This document shows positions 1 to 9,764 of a DNA stretch of 13,829 bases, in pieces. This DNA is from Elysia marginata (Eukaryota), in NCBI GenBank assembly GCA_019649035.1, contig BMAT01008528.1:436114-449942 (forward strand), written 5' to 3'. The notes under the pieces are model-generated. The model was not told the DNA's origin. It saw only the letters and a list, made by a program, of their open reading frames with translations, and searched no databases. Every line of letters starts with the position of its first letter. Position 1 is the stretch's first letter. The position numbers and the translations under genes are program-made.

Positions 1-1295
1 GTCAACTCTTGCTTAAAGTCAACACCAATTTATTCAGACTGTTGTTTGAGTTGTCAGAAGTAAACATGTAGAATGTGCAAAAAACAGTTGTAAAAAAAAA
101 AACAACCCAAGGGTTTTTAAAAAACCAGAGTATAAAGAAAAGGTAAACACAAGATGAGTTTTAACTCAAATAAAGAATGTGCAAAGGAGAGAGGAAAGAA
201 AAAAAAAGAAAATAGAAAATTGAGATGGAGGATGGAAAAGAATGGAAAGCTCTCACAAAAGAAAAAGAAGAGCTTCTTCAGGAAACACTTGTGAATGAAA
301 TGCATTTAAAATTAATTGGCAATTCTCCTAAAAGTACATTATAAAAATAAAGATTCTTTTAAGATATATATAAATTTAAAGTTGACTTCACATTTGAAAA
401 CTGATTTTCAATTGGTCTTAAAGAAAAAAAAATATCTGAAATTCTATTTGTGAGTCAAGCAGGGTGAATAAAGCACAAGTCGCTCGGACAAGTTTTGAGT
501 TGGAGTCTTTCAATATTGAATTTCTTATATAAACAACTATTTTTTTGGCCTTTAAAATTAAGTAACTCAATATATTAAAAAAAAACCAAGAGTAATAGTT
601 TTGCAACCTCTTCCATTCTATTCAAATAATTCTTAAGTTGCAAGGCCCATTTTTGAGGTGTAGGCTTTCAAAATTTTGTGGTTGTTCAGCGGTTTTCACA
701 CCTGATTCGTGTTCTATGGGTTAAATTTAATTGGTGTGGTTGCTAAAGACTTTAAACATATATAGTTGTCAAAACGTTTAATACAATTTGTCCCATTTAT
801 GAAATTTCATCAGTCCTAACCCTGCAAACTTCAAACAGCCATAACTTCAGACAGAAGCATGGTATAGCTGTTCTGTTTCTCGTACTTAAAAGAAGGGAAA
901 AAAAAACTTTTCTGTGATACCAGCATCTCACTGCTTTACAATTTAGACTCATGACTCTTCTTGACTGGTTGTAAGAATAGAGTCCTAGAAAATGTGACCA
1001 ACTCATGAGTTCATTCTGGCTTGTGCCTTATTCACCCTGGATATCTCTCGTTCATTTGGTATTTTGCAGAACAAACAGAGCAGAGCTAAATATAGACTTT
1101 TTTCAAACAACTGATTTATAGGTAACCAGAATATGAAGTCATTTTTTTGTTTAACTAGTGTTATAAGATGAAATTATCAATTATCTCCTGAGATTAGTTT
1201 GCTGCTTGTGCAACATAACATGCATGATGAATACCAAAACCATAATTTGTTCATCCCAGATTCAGTAACTCATATAATTCTCACCAAAATATATG

Positions 1296-1542
1296 ACCCA
1301 ACGTCGTGAAATCAGGCTTATGTAAAAATTTGGACATTTGGAGTTATAAGTATTATGAGAAAGCTTCATATATGTATTTAAATTAGAAAAAAACAATTAT
1401 TACTCTAACTTTACTAGAACCTGAGATATTTGGTTTTTAAGCCGGTGAGGTAAACTTATCTAGCAGTGTTTCATTATTTTTAGCAGCCATTTCCTGGGTT
1501 TGACCCAGTTTGACATAAGCCTGATTTCACCTCGTCGCGTCA
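1296..1542. mobile_element. MITE-like non-autonomous element bounded by terminal inverted repeats
   Basis: The 18-bp stretch gtgaaatcaggcttatgt (1306-1323) recurs as a perfect reverse complement at 1513-1530 (acataagcctgatttcac). Flanking positions also match, giving about 30-bp TIRs (cgtcgtgaaatcaggcttatgt.aaa.t.gg versus cgacgaggtgaaatcaggcttatgt.aaa.t.gg). The roughly 190-bp AT-rich interior is non-coding. Flanks are AT-rich (atat / acatat), compatible with a TA-type target-site duplication but not provable from one copy. Confidence 0.5.
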
Positions 1543-1751
1543 CATATGTTTCAAGATGGATTTAAGGTCAAAAGACTGCTGGTCAAAGGGTGTAGCAAAA
1601 ATATAATAATGTAATTGAAACTCATTTACAATAGAGCTGCCTTCATTGGTGTTATCATATAGTATAAAACTTTAACCTTGTTAAACTCAACTCATAACTG
1701 AGCTTCTTTTTGCATACAAGAGCCTTTTGAAAAGAAAAACATTCTTAAATA

Positions 1752-1757
1752 TTTATT
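1752..1757 (-). promoter_or_regulatory. Candidate polyadenylation signal AATAAA for the MVP transcript
   Basis: Plus-strand tttatt is AATAAA on the minus strand, about 68 nt downstream of the TAA stop. No closer canonical hexamer exists between the stop and this site. Confidence 0.4.
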
Positions 1758-1824
1758 CCAGGACACATCCAGTGAGATGAATATCAGAAGGTGAAGCTGC
1801 CTCTTTCTACTTTTAAGTTAACGA

Positions 1825-1938
1825 TTATTCTGTCTGGTTATTGCCAACAAGGCCTGCAGCAGTGTTGATTAGGTTGATCGGGGAATTCCCGTCTGTTAGA
1901 AGCACGCTCTCCAGCCCAAGACCTTTCAGCAAATTCAG
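1825..1938 (-). CDS. MVP: Major vault protein terminal coding exon encoding [37 protein letters not shown] followed by TAA (stop at 1825-1827)
   Basis: Acceptor ttcaaaatgcag|CTG (AG at 1940/1939). Aligns to human [32 protein letters not shown]. Too short (38 codons) to appear in the ORF track. The protein ends soon after the cap-ring motif, without the long Pro/Gln-rich tail of the human protein. Confidence 0.85.
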   Translation of the reverse strand: MNLLKGLGLESVLLTDGNSPINLINTAAGLVGNNQTE

Positions 1939-2375
1939 CTGCATTTTGAAGACAAATTAAGAGTAGTAATGGTTATTCACAGTTGTGCAGAGATTCACTA
2001 TTCAAGAAAGATCACCAGGTTTATGTTGAAGAAAATACACAGTGATCATATTGACGAAAATAAAAAAAAAGATAAAGGTGGAGTTGCAGAAGGTTTGAAG
2101 TTATGATAGCTAGGTTATCAATGTATATGTAAACAAAATCAAGAATGCTTGTAGTCTTCTTTCACTTTTTAATTCAATGGAGACGCGCAGTTTTTAGTAA
2201 TAAATTATATTTTATAAATCTACAATCAAAGGGAACTAAATGCTGTACATTAATATATGAAGAATAATCTGAGAGTGCTTTCCCATTCCCATTCCACACT
2301 ATAGACAGTTAAGAGAAAAAAAATGCAAAGTCTAATGTTCATATATGAATGGAGCGTCTCTAATGAGTTAAACTC

Positions 2376-2440
2376 GAGCGGCTGCACAGTGCTGCCAGTA
2401 GGTTGGACCACTGGTGCAAGCTGCCGCAGTGTGCGCTCTG
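2376..2440. other. GC-rich imperfect palindrome / hairpin island in the last MVP intron
   Basis: gagcggctgcacagtgctgccag ... ctggtgcaagctgccgcagtgtgcgctc: the outer gagcg/cgctc and inner cacagtgc/gcagtgtg arms are complementary. Local GC content far exceeds the surrounding intron. Confidence 0.4.
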
Positions 2441-3335
2441 TAGACACACCATACAATACTTATAGGTATAGAATATTCAATGGATAGAAGAAACACAACA
2501 GTTTTTTTATGGTGACTATTGTTTTGTAAAAATTTATCCTGAAACAACATTGCACACAAACCAAAAAAGTTATCCACTCTCTCATTTTAATTTCTCAAAA
2601 TATTCTAAACTCTTCGCAAAACCATGGTTTTTACCTCCAGGCTAAAGAAATTAAAATAGCCCTCCAGAGGTTAGTAAATCAACACAAGTCTCACCTGTTC
2701 CAACAGCAGATTGGTGATCTTTCCTATCTACTGTGTTTAATAAACTACTAACACTCTTTGAAAAAAATTTACTATTCTCTCTTATAAGCATGTTCAGTTT
2801 CATATTTGACTTGGCAGTCATTCATCTAAATTTATTGCTGAAGTTGTTTTTTTCTCCAAAAGCTTTACAACTTTTCTCTCTCTTTTGATTTCTAAAAAAA
2901 ACTGTATTTGGTTATTTCTATATTTCCTACAAAAAAATACTGTAAGATTTTGATCCATCTTTTTGTTCTATTTTGGCAGAAACTAAAAACTCTCAACATT
3001 ATTGCCTTTAACTCAATATTTTCTCTCAGAACTTTCAAAATTAATCATGCATTTTAGAATTATCTGTGCAGTTTATTCTCTAAATTCTAATTTCTGAGAT
3101 TGTGCACTTAAAAAGACAAGAATATATATTTCATTGCGATCAGAAAACGATGAATGGTCTTCAACACAAGACTACTAAGAAGAGAAACTCACTTTACACT
3201 AAATATGGGCCTTGATTAAAATATAGGAAGTTCAATTATAGAATACCGGTATTGCAACGGGTGATACACAAGACTTTCAGATGATTTCATCTCATTCATT
3301 AAAAATAAAAGAGCAGACATTGCAAAATAACCAAC

Positions 3336-3416
3336 CTGATTCTGTGGGCCAGCATTAGCCATAGCCACAATAGTAGCTGGTCCTAATGCTGTCACCATTT
3401 CTCTGAATTTGTTCAC
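3336..3416 (-). CDS. MVP: Major vault protein exon encoding VNKFREMVTALGPATIVAMANAGPQNQ (81 nt, phase 0-0)
   Basis: Acceptor cttttttttatttttatag|GTG, donor aatcag|gttggt (weak). Aligns to human [27 protein letters not shown]. The ORF-track ORF 3216..3416 reads through the donor into intron. Confidence 0.85.
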
Positions 3417-3582
3417 CTATAAAAATAAAAAAAGGAAGAAAAATTTAAAATAGAACCTTTAATTTGTTTTTCTCACTATAAAGAGGAATAATGGAACCAA
3501 TTCATATTAAAAAACAATTTTTTATGAAGATCCAAAAAACAAACACACAAATATTGATGAATATGGTGACACCAAAAGCCGA

Positions 3583-3712
3583 CTATTACTACATTACTAC
3601 AAATAGTAACAAATAGTAATAATAGTAATAGCTATAATTTATGATATTATGATTATTATCATTCTTTATTGAAGGGATAAGGATAAAAATGATAATGATG
3701 ATGGATGAAAGA
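3583..3712. repeat. Trinucleotide-rich low-complexity tract (TAC/TAA/TAG/GAT units)
   Basis: actattactacattactacaaatagtaacaaatagtaataatagtaatagc...gataatgatgatggatg; intronic, between exons 3750-3830 and 3336-3416. Confidence 0.5.
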
Positions 3713-3749
3713 ACACCGGAAATAGACACTTTTTATGTTAAACTCATAC

Positions 3750-3830
3750 CTCCAGCTGAGCAAGGCTTTTCTCCTTATTGATTTCCATGGCAATGAGTTT
3801 TTTGTTGTAATCAAGTTCACATTCCTGGAG
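3750..3830 (-). CDS. MVP: Major vault protein exon encoding LQECELDYNKKLIAMEINKEKSLAQLE (81 nt, phase 0-0)
   Basis: Acceptor ttgaaaatttcaacag|CTC, donor ctggag|gtatga. Aligns to human [26 protein letters not shown]. Confidence 0.8.
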
Positions 3831-4132
3831 CTGTTGAAATTTTCAATAATATAATGATATCAATATATGGCAAGAAATACTTCAATCAAACATTCTTACA
3901 GCATAGGTTGAAATTACTAAACATACAAGTTTGAAGTTTTTTCGCAGCTGCAAAGTAATCAGTTAAAGTTGTGATATTTGAAATCCATGACAATTGCACA
4001 CTGATTAAAATGTGGATATTAAAAGCAGCCCAAACTATCTTTACAGCATTACTTCGAATAAAAATATACATGCTTTTAAGAAAAAGATTACAATGAACCT
4101 GTGAACCCATTTTTTTAGGCTCTTTTTCAAAG

Positions 4133-4215
4133 AGATTACAAAATTGAAAAAAAAAATACAACATACACCCTAAAAGATTACAAAGTTGAAAAAAAAATAC
4201 AACGTACACCCTAAG
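4133..4215. repeat. 41-42 bp tandem duplication (2 copies, 3 mismatches) in an MVP intron
   Basis: agattacaaaattgaaaaaaaaaatacaacatacaccctaaa followed directly by agattacaaagttgaaaaaaaaatacaacgtacaccctaag. A partial third copy (aaaaagattacaatgaacc) lies near 4080-4100. Confidence 0.7.
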
Positions 4216-5122
4216 GCATATTTCTCTGCTACTCTTTCATCAAGTCATCTTCATGCTATAGAAGGTATTCAGATAAACATGTTACCTACGATTTCGCCTT
4301 CATACAGTGTATTCCACTTTAGCAATATTTTCACATATCAAGGTAATTGGAATTTTTCATTCAATTCAACAACTTGAAATTTCCTTTTATATACACTTCT
4401 TTCTGCTCATCTTCAATATATCAATATATTTGTTAGCATGAGCAACACTAACAGTGTGCTTCATGCTATGTAATCAGTGATCCCATTACTTATGCATAGA
4501 TCCCCTCATCTCAAACAAAGCCAGAGATTGATTTAGCAATACATCAAGAAAGGAAATATCAGTTATAAATATTTCTTTGTTCGGTATTGATCTCTCCTCA
4601 CTTTCTCATTCTGCAGCTTCCTATTTTTTTATTGACAATTTTATGCAGGACATTATTTTGTCTTCTGAGGACATGTCAATGTAAACGAAATTCACTGTAG
4701 ATTTATCCTCTTAAGTTTCAATCTGAGTGAACTTCTCTTGTAAAACAACAATGAAAGTAGATGGTAGTATTTACTAGCCCTTTTGAAATAATTATAAGAT
4801 AGCTTATAATTCTAAGTTAAATACCTTTATAAAAAATTCACCATATTCTCTTTAGTTAAAGATATCTGATCTCACATACCCTCATAATAATGATTGTATG
4901 TTCTGAAAAAATGCAGTCATCCAGCCTCTTTTCTATAGTGCTTCAGCTGAATTTTAAAAATATTTTCCTATATAACTTTGAACATTTATTCATGATATTA
5001 TTTTGTTTTAGTTTGCAATTTCATTTACAGCAAAAATTGTATAATTTGATTTACACCAAAATCTTTGACCCTTATAGAAAGATATTGTATGTCTTACTAA
5101 ATTAAAACAAAAATAAACTCAC

Positions 5123-5187
5123 CATAACTTGTGACGACAACTTAGAGTTGTGCTCAATATTTGCAGCCTCAGCCTCAAGCCTTGCCA
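5123..5187 (-). CDS. MVP: Major vault protein exon encoding (V)ARLEAEAANIEHNSKLSSQVM (2 + 63 nt)
   Basis: Acceptor ccctcatttttctttag|TG, donor gttatg|gtgagt. Aligns to human AKLKAQALAIETEAELQRVQKV with the same residue spacing to the downstream KKF motif. Confidence 0.75.
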
Positions 5188-5757
5188 CTAAAGAAAAATG
5201 AGGGTTTTTAAACAATAAGATCCAGTTAAAGAAAATGGTAAAGTTATAAGAACAATGTCTTCAGTTAAAACTTCTGTTGTAAAAAAAAATGATTAAAATT
5301 TATAATCAACTGCTCTTTGACTAGAACAAGATCTCCCAGACAATGAGAGTGTACTGTGAAAAATATAGGCTTTGCACTGATGGAAAAATAATTGTGTGAC
5401 AAGTTATAAACTTTTTTTTAAGACTAATACTTAAATGCTGTATACATCTACTGATGGAAAACTTATCCTAGTCACATGTAACTTCTAATTGCCAGAACTG
5501 AACTTGCTCTGAAGAAGAATTATATTAGGAAGTTCAGCTGTATATGGTCACATACAGAATATTCAGATCTTTATTAGCGCTACGATGAGTTTTCTAGAAT
5601 ATTAGAGGAATTACATGTAAGTGGTATACATTAAAACACTAATTCCCACAAGTACAATTTCAATTCCACATTCTACTTAAAGGAGATATAAGTATAATAA
5701 ACTTGGCACTGTGCCTTGTCAGAAAAAACATCAAGTCAAAAGCATGGGAGGCTTCAC

Positions 5758-5984
5758 CTTCAATGTGACTCTGTCCCTCAATCAGCAATCTCTCCGCCTG
5801 AGCCTGAGCCTCTGCCTTGGCCTGCCCTGTGGATTCCACAGCTGCGGCCTGAGCTTTGAGCTCATACAACTTGGCTCTCTCTTTCTCTGACTCTCTCTCT
5901 GTAACTAGCTTTTGGCGCTCCAGCTGACCTTGGGCAATCTGCTCTTCCCTCGCTGCTTCATGCGATGCTGCTGCCTCAATAGAC
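5758..5984 (-). CDS. MVP: Major vault protein exon (cap-helix coiled coil) encoding SIEAAASHEAAREEQIAQGQLERQKLVTERESEKERAKLYELKAQAAAVESTGQAKAEAQAQAERLLIEGQSHIE (1 + 225 + 1 nt)
   Basis: Acceptor aaatttaaaatgcag|G, donor attgaaG|gtgaag. Aligns to human [73 protein letters not shown]. The ORF-track ORF 5660..6004 contains this exon but runs on into intron at both ends. Confidence 0.85.
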
Positions 5985-6259
5985 CTGCATTTTAAATTTG
6001 CCAAAAGAAAAATGAAGATTATCTGTGAAATATAAAATTCTTGCTGAGCACAAATTTAAATGATTTTTTTTCTTAAGTGGTTTAGCTCTATCTTGAATTA
6101 AAAAAGAAGACAGTGGAACTTTTACATTCTTTCACATTTTTACATTCTTTTACATTCTCCTATACTTCTGAATAAAGAGATCAACTTGTTTTTCAAAGGC
6201 AATGCTTTTTTTTATTTTGAAACAGTTGATCAAGCAGTTTTTGTTGGGTTTTTTTTGGT

Positions 6260-6293
6260 GGGGGCCTTAGGGGGTCTGTGGGGTGGGGATGGG
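6260..6293 (+). other. G-quadruplex-forming motif on the plus strand, the template strand for MVP
   Basis: GGGGG ccttag GGGGG tctgt GGGG t GGGG at GGG gives five G-runs of at least 3 with short loops, embedded in an otherwise AT-rich intron. Confidence 0.5.
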
Positions 6294-6479
6294 TGTTTCT
6301 TTTTTGTTGAATCATATGAATAAACAATCATGAAAAAAAAGTTATTTTTTATTTTATTTCAATATTTTTTAGACTCTGTGTGTCTTTGAAATCCAAAATA
6401 TATGCTTCACATGTCAAACTGTAAAAACACTCAAACAAATTAAATTCTAGCCATATCACTATCAGTATTTCACTGGGTT

Positions 6480-6497
6480 TTGTTGTTGTTGTTGTTG
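6480..6497. repeat. (TTG)6 microsatellite
   Basis: ttgttgttgttgttgttg read directly from the sequence; intronic. Confidence 0.8.
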
Positions 6498-6626
6498 CAT
6501 TTTTTTTTCTTTCATCACTTCCTACATTTTACTCTTTATAATTATGTCTGTTATGGTTTAAAGAGCATATAAAGTTTGAAAAAAAAATGAGACAAAGTGT
6601 ACTTAAAATAAAAATCAGCAACTTAC

Positions 6627-6727
6627 TTAGTGGCAATTTCAATGGCTAGTTGAACTGATTTGCTTAAACTGTCCCGCATCTTGACATCAACAGGCTCAAT
6701 GCTTTGAACATCAACTCCACTGATGAC
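6627..6727 (-). CDS. MVP: Major vault protein exon encoding [33 protein letters not shown](K) (99 + 2 nt)
   Basis: Acceptor ctgtttccccaag|GTC, donor ctAA|gtaagt. Aligns to human [34 protein letters not shown]. Confidence 0.9.
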
Positions 6728-7056
6728 CTTGGGGAAACAGTGTTAAAAGTAAGTCATGTATCTCATTTGAGGGGAAAAGAGAGATGGAGAAAACGGGAAA
6801 GTGAAGAACGAGAACAATTAGTAGGGGAAAAACAGAGACATTGTGAGAAACAGCTAGTTTTCAAGACTGCATATTTGAAAAAAAGAGGTAAATAGTTTTT
6901 TAATCATAAAATGAATCAGACTTGATCCTTAACACTGCATTAACTAAAAAATATGAGATGTCACAAAGATCCTCCAATGTTACAATATTCTTATGACTCA
7001 GAGTGTATTGCATTGACAACAACAAAGACAATGTTAAAACTGCATTAATAACCTAC

Positions 7057-7199
7057 AAGGTTGTTAGCACTGAACCTCAGGACTCTGGCAGGCTCACCAG
7101 CCTCATGGGGTCCAAACACGGCTGCTTGGATGATTAGAGCAGAAAAACGGTGGAACTCATCAAATGTAGTTAGGGCAACACGAGCTCGAATACGGCTGC
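7057..7199 (-). CDS. MVP: Major vault protein exon encoding (G)SRIRARVALTTFDEFHRFSALIIQAAVFGPHEAGEPARVLRFSANNL (2 + 141 nt)
   Basis: Acceptor tctaatgtttgcttcttgcag|GC, donor aacctt|gtaggt. Aligns to human [30 protein letters not shown]...PQNGL. A second AG lies 4 nt downstream at 7197/7196; using it would frameshift. Confidence 0.85.
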
Positions 7200-7840
7200 C
7201 TGCAAGAAGCAAACATTAGATTAAGTAATTCTTCCCTCTTTATTTCCCATCCATATCCAGTAAAAAAAAATATTAAAAAATTTAGACTAGATTTTAATAG
7301 AATGCCTTTTCAACACATGTGTAAGTCTGAATACTTCATTTTATCATTGTCAAACAAAACTGAGTGGTTTGCAATATTCCGCAAATACTGTCAAGTCCAC
7401 ATAATTCAAACATGGATAATTTAAATACTTACTTTATTCGAACTTTATGCACATCTCTGATTTTAATTTTCTTTTGTTGTGTATCCTAATAATTCAGTTT
7501 TAATACACTTCAAAGTTAAATTTTGTTCCTACGAGGTACATAATATCCAAACTGGATTGTAGATGGTTTTTGGTGGCTGACAGCTAACTGTTGTTGATAT
7601 TCCAATCATACTCTAACCATATTTAAATACCAAATTAATAATGATAAGAATCAGTAAACATAATTCCAGCATGCATAAGACTTTTTGTGACCACTGTTCA
7701 CATCAATTTTCACATACTATCCATGTCTTGGATAAAAGTAATATTGCTGCCCTTCTTGAGAAATCAATTTACTTCAACAGTAACACACTTCAAAAAGTAG
7801 AAAAATAAGAAAAAGGAAGCAGAGTGGCCTCTGAAATTTG

Positions 7841-7960
7841 TGACCTATATGTAGTTTAAGTCCAGCGCTCATTGTCAGGAGCCTCGGGAACAAACATTGG
7901 TTGTAGGTCAGGTTTCCTCTCTGAAACTTCTGTCAAGCTCTTAGTGAGTACCTTTTTTGT
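7841..7960 (-). other. Exon-like GC-rich island inside the intron between exons 8194-8272 and 7057-7199; possible decayed duplicate of exon 8194-8272
   Basis: Minus-strand translation reads TKKVLTKSLTEVSERKPDLQPMFVPEAPDNERWT* and resembles the real exon product VNKADEESAKKIFSVPDFIGFA and human [24 protein letters not shown]. No usable in-frame GT donor exists before the TAA, and the acceptor context is poor. Confidence 0.25.
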
Positions 7961-8193
7961 TTGGAAAATTTTCTGCAAGAATTTATCATGTGCAGGGATT
8001 TTATGACCTTTGCTGCTCTAAAAATAAAGCATTTTACAGCCAAAAGAAGTAATAGCCAGGTTCTAAAAAGGTTATCATTCAAACAAAACAAAAAAGATGT
8101 TAAAAAAATTACGACAGTTGACAGAAATTCCTTATTTTGTACTAAAGAACACCAAGTTCACATTTTATCTCATTTGTAAGTGTTTGGAAATTT

Positions 8194-8272
8194 CTATATT
8201 CACCTAATTGTCGGCAAGCAAATCCAATGAAGTCTGGGACTGAAAATATTTTTTTTGCACTCTCCTCATCTG
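8194..8272 (-). CDS. MVP: Major vault protein exon encoding VNKADEESAKKIFSVPDFIGFACRQL (78 + 1 nt)
   Basis: Acceptor tcttgtcttggtttaaag|GTT, donor ttaG|gtgaat. Aligns to human [27 protein letters not shown]. Confidence 0.85.
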
Positions 8273-8606
8273 CTTTGTTAACCTTTAAACCAAGACAAGA
8301 AATACAGATTTATCTCAAAATGTAAGTCATGATCAAATATTTTTTATGTAAACAATCACTTGAAACCAGATGGATACCGAAAATGTGATTTATTTCTTTT
8401 AAATAATTTGATTTCCTGTTTTTGTTGATCTATGGTATGAAAGAAAAAATTATAACAGACCATTTTGCTGGCTGTACAAAAATATTGTTACTGACAAGCT
8501 TCTAGAATACAAAACACTTATTTTAACATGCAAATGCCTGGAGCTTTTTAAACACAAGTCTGCTTACAGAGTTATAAAACAAATATTAAAAAACTCAGAA
8601 ACCAAC

Positions 8607-8666
8607 CTCAAAGTAGTTATTGAAAGAAAGTTGAATTCTCAGTCTTGCATGGTCAGAAGTTTCAAC
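8607..8666 (-). CDS. MVP: Major vault protein exon encoding VETSDHARLRIQLSFNNYFE (60 nt, phase 0-0)
   Basis: Acceptor tttgtatttgcag|GTT, donor tttgag|gttggt. Aligns to human [20 protein letters not shown]. Confidence 0.85.
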
Positions 8667-9190
8667 CTGCAAATACAAACCAATAGAAAATAAATTATTA
8701 AAGAAAAAATGTTTTTGAAATGCCAGCATGTACAACTGGGTAGAAGACAAAGTAAGGAATGAGTGTTAATAAGAATTAAAACAAACTTAAAGGCTTTATT
8801 TACTACAATGCTTCAATGAGAGACTTTCAACAAAACAATATTTCATAAGTAATAATTTCAAAAGTATAGAAGGAGAAAATAAGAACTGAAAAATATTTTA
8901 GGTCCGAAGAAGTAACAAGCTAGATAAAATGGTGGGGAATTGACTGAGCTGGAGAAAATCTGTACATAAACTTAACTCAAATATGATACAAAAGCTGGAA
9001 AAGTTTCCCAAATTTAAAGAAATGTATCAAATGCAATCTTTCCACTGGCTGTCAAGTAAAAAAAAACGTTCACCGCCCAAATTGTTTTTCAGCTTATTAA
9101 TTGAAAAAATATGGACAGAGTAAGAAAGACATAGGAGAGGCAGAGTAAAATCTATCTATAAATTCTTTTACTTTCTTTACAATAGCTTAC

Positions 9191-9270
9191 TTCAATTATA
9201 TCTGAGATGAAATCTGGTCCCAGCATCAGACAAAGGGACCTTAGGGCACCCTTCACTTTTGGCTTTCCAG
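9191..9270 (-). CDS. MVP: Major vault protein exon encoding (A)GKPKVKGALRSLCLMLGPDFISDIIE (2 + 78 nt)
   Basis: Acceptor aaaaattgcag|CT, donor attgaa|gtaagc. Aligns to human [29 protein letters not shown]. Confidence 0.85.
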
Positions 9271-9610
9271 CTGCAATTTTTATAATATCAACAATGTACA
9301 TGTACTAGAGGCAGTATTAAAAAAAATGTTTAACATTTAAACTGACTTGTTCAGGAAAATACAGTTTTTCAATAAACAATTAAGAATTATTGAAATTTAA
9401 AAAATAAGATTCTTGTAATGGCAGATTTTACATTAATTTTAAATTTTAATAATCACTCATGATATTTCTTGTTGACATGAATAAGACATTTGAAGACGAA
9501 TATTATTAACTTAGAACATTCGGCAGTTTATAGCAAAATCTCAATAACTTTCTATACATAATTCACAGTCAATAAAAGTTAGTCTTAAAGAGACTTTGAA
9601 TGTATCTCAC

Positions 9611-9764
9611 CACTCAGTCTTAAGACATTAAAGTTTTCATGAGGGCCCAGAACAACTAAATCCGGACCAAAGACGACTCGAGCTGTTTTCATTTGGTAGT
9701 TGTTAACTTGTACAGCTGTGTTGCTTGGACACCTGTAAGTCACTACTTTTGTCTTGTCCCTTCC
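9611..9764 (-). CDS. MVP: Major vault protein exon encoding [51 protein letters not shown] (153 + 1 nt)
   Basis: Acceptor ttttatgatcttttag|GGA, donor agtG|gtgaga. Aligns to human [51 protein letters not shown]. Confidence 0.9.

Noticed and set aside
600-760. Mildly GC-richer segment (ggcccatttttgaggtgtaggctttc...gattcgtgttctatgggtt) checked for tRNA or small-RNA features
   Set aside because: No A-box/B-box tRNA consensus, no cloverleaf-compatible complementarity and no recognisable snRNA motifs. It is treated as unannotated flanking DNA.
3886-4209. 107-aa minus-strand ORF
   Set aside because: It is intronic, Phe/Leu/Asn-rich low-complexity translation of AT-rich DNA that overlaps the 41-bp tandem duplication. 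It has no MVP-like or other recognisable similarity and no splice-compatible boundaries.
5660-6004. 114-aa minus-strand ORF taken as a single coding unit
   Set aside because: Only 5758-5984 is exon. The ORF's N-terminal MANLKCR precedes the tgcag acceptor and its C-terminal ASHAFDLMFFLTRH... follows the GAAG|gtgaag donor, so both ends are intron read-through.
7841-7960. Considered as a genuine MVP coding exon between exons 8607-8666 and 7057-7199
   Set aside because: The true orthologous exon (VNKADEESAKKIFSVPDFIGFACRQL) is at 8194-8272 and splices in phase to 7199. This island has no in-frame GT donor before its TAA and a poor acceptor. It is kept only as a possible decayed duplicate.
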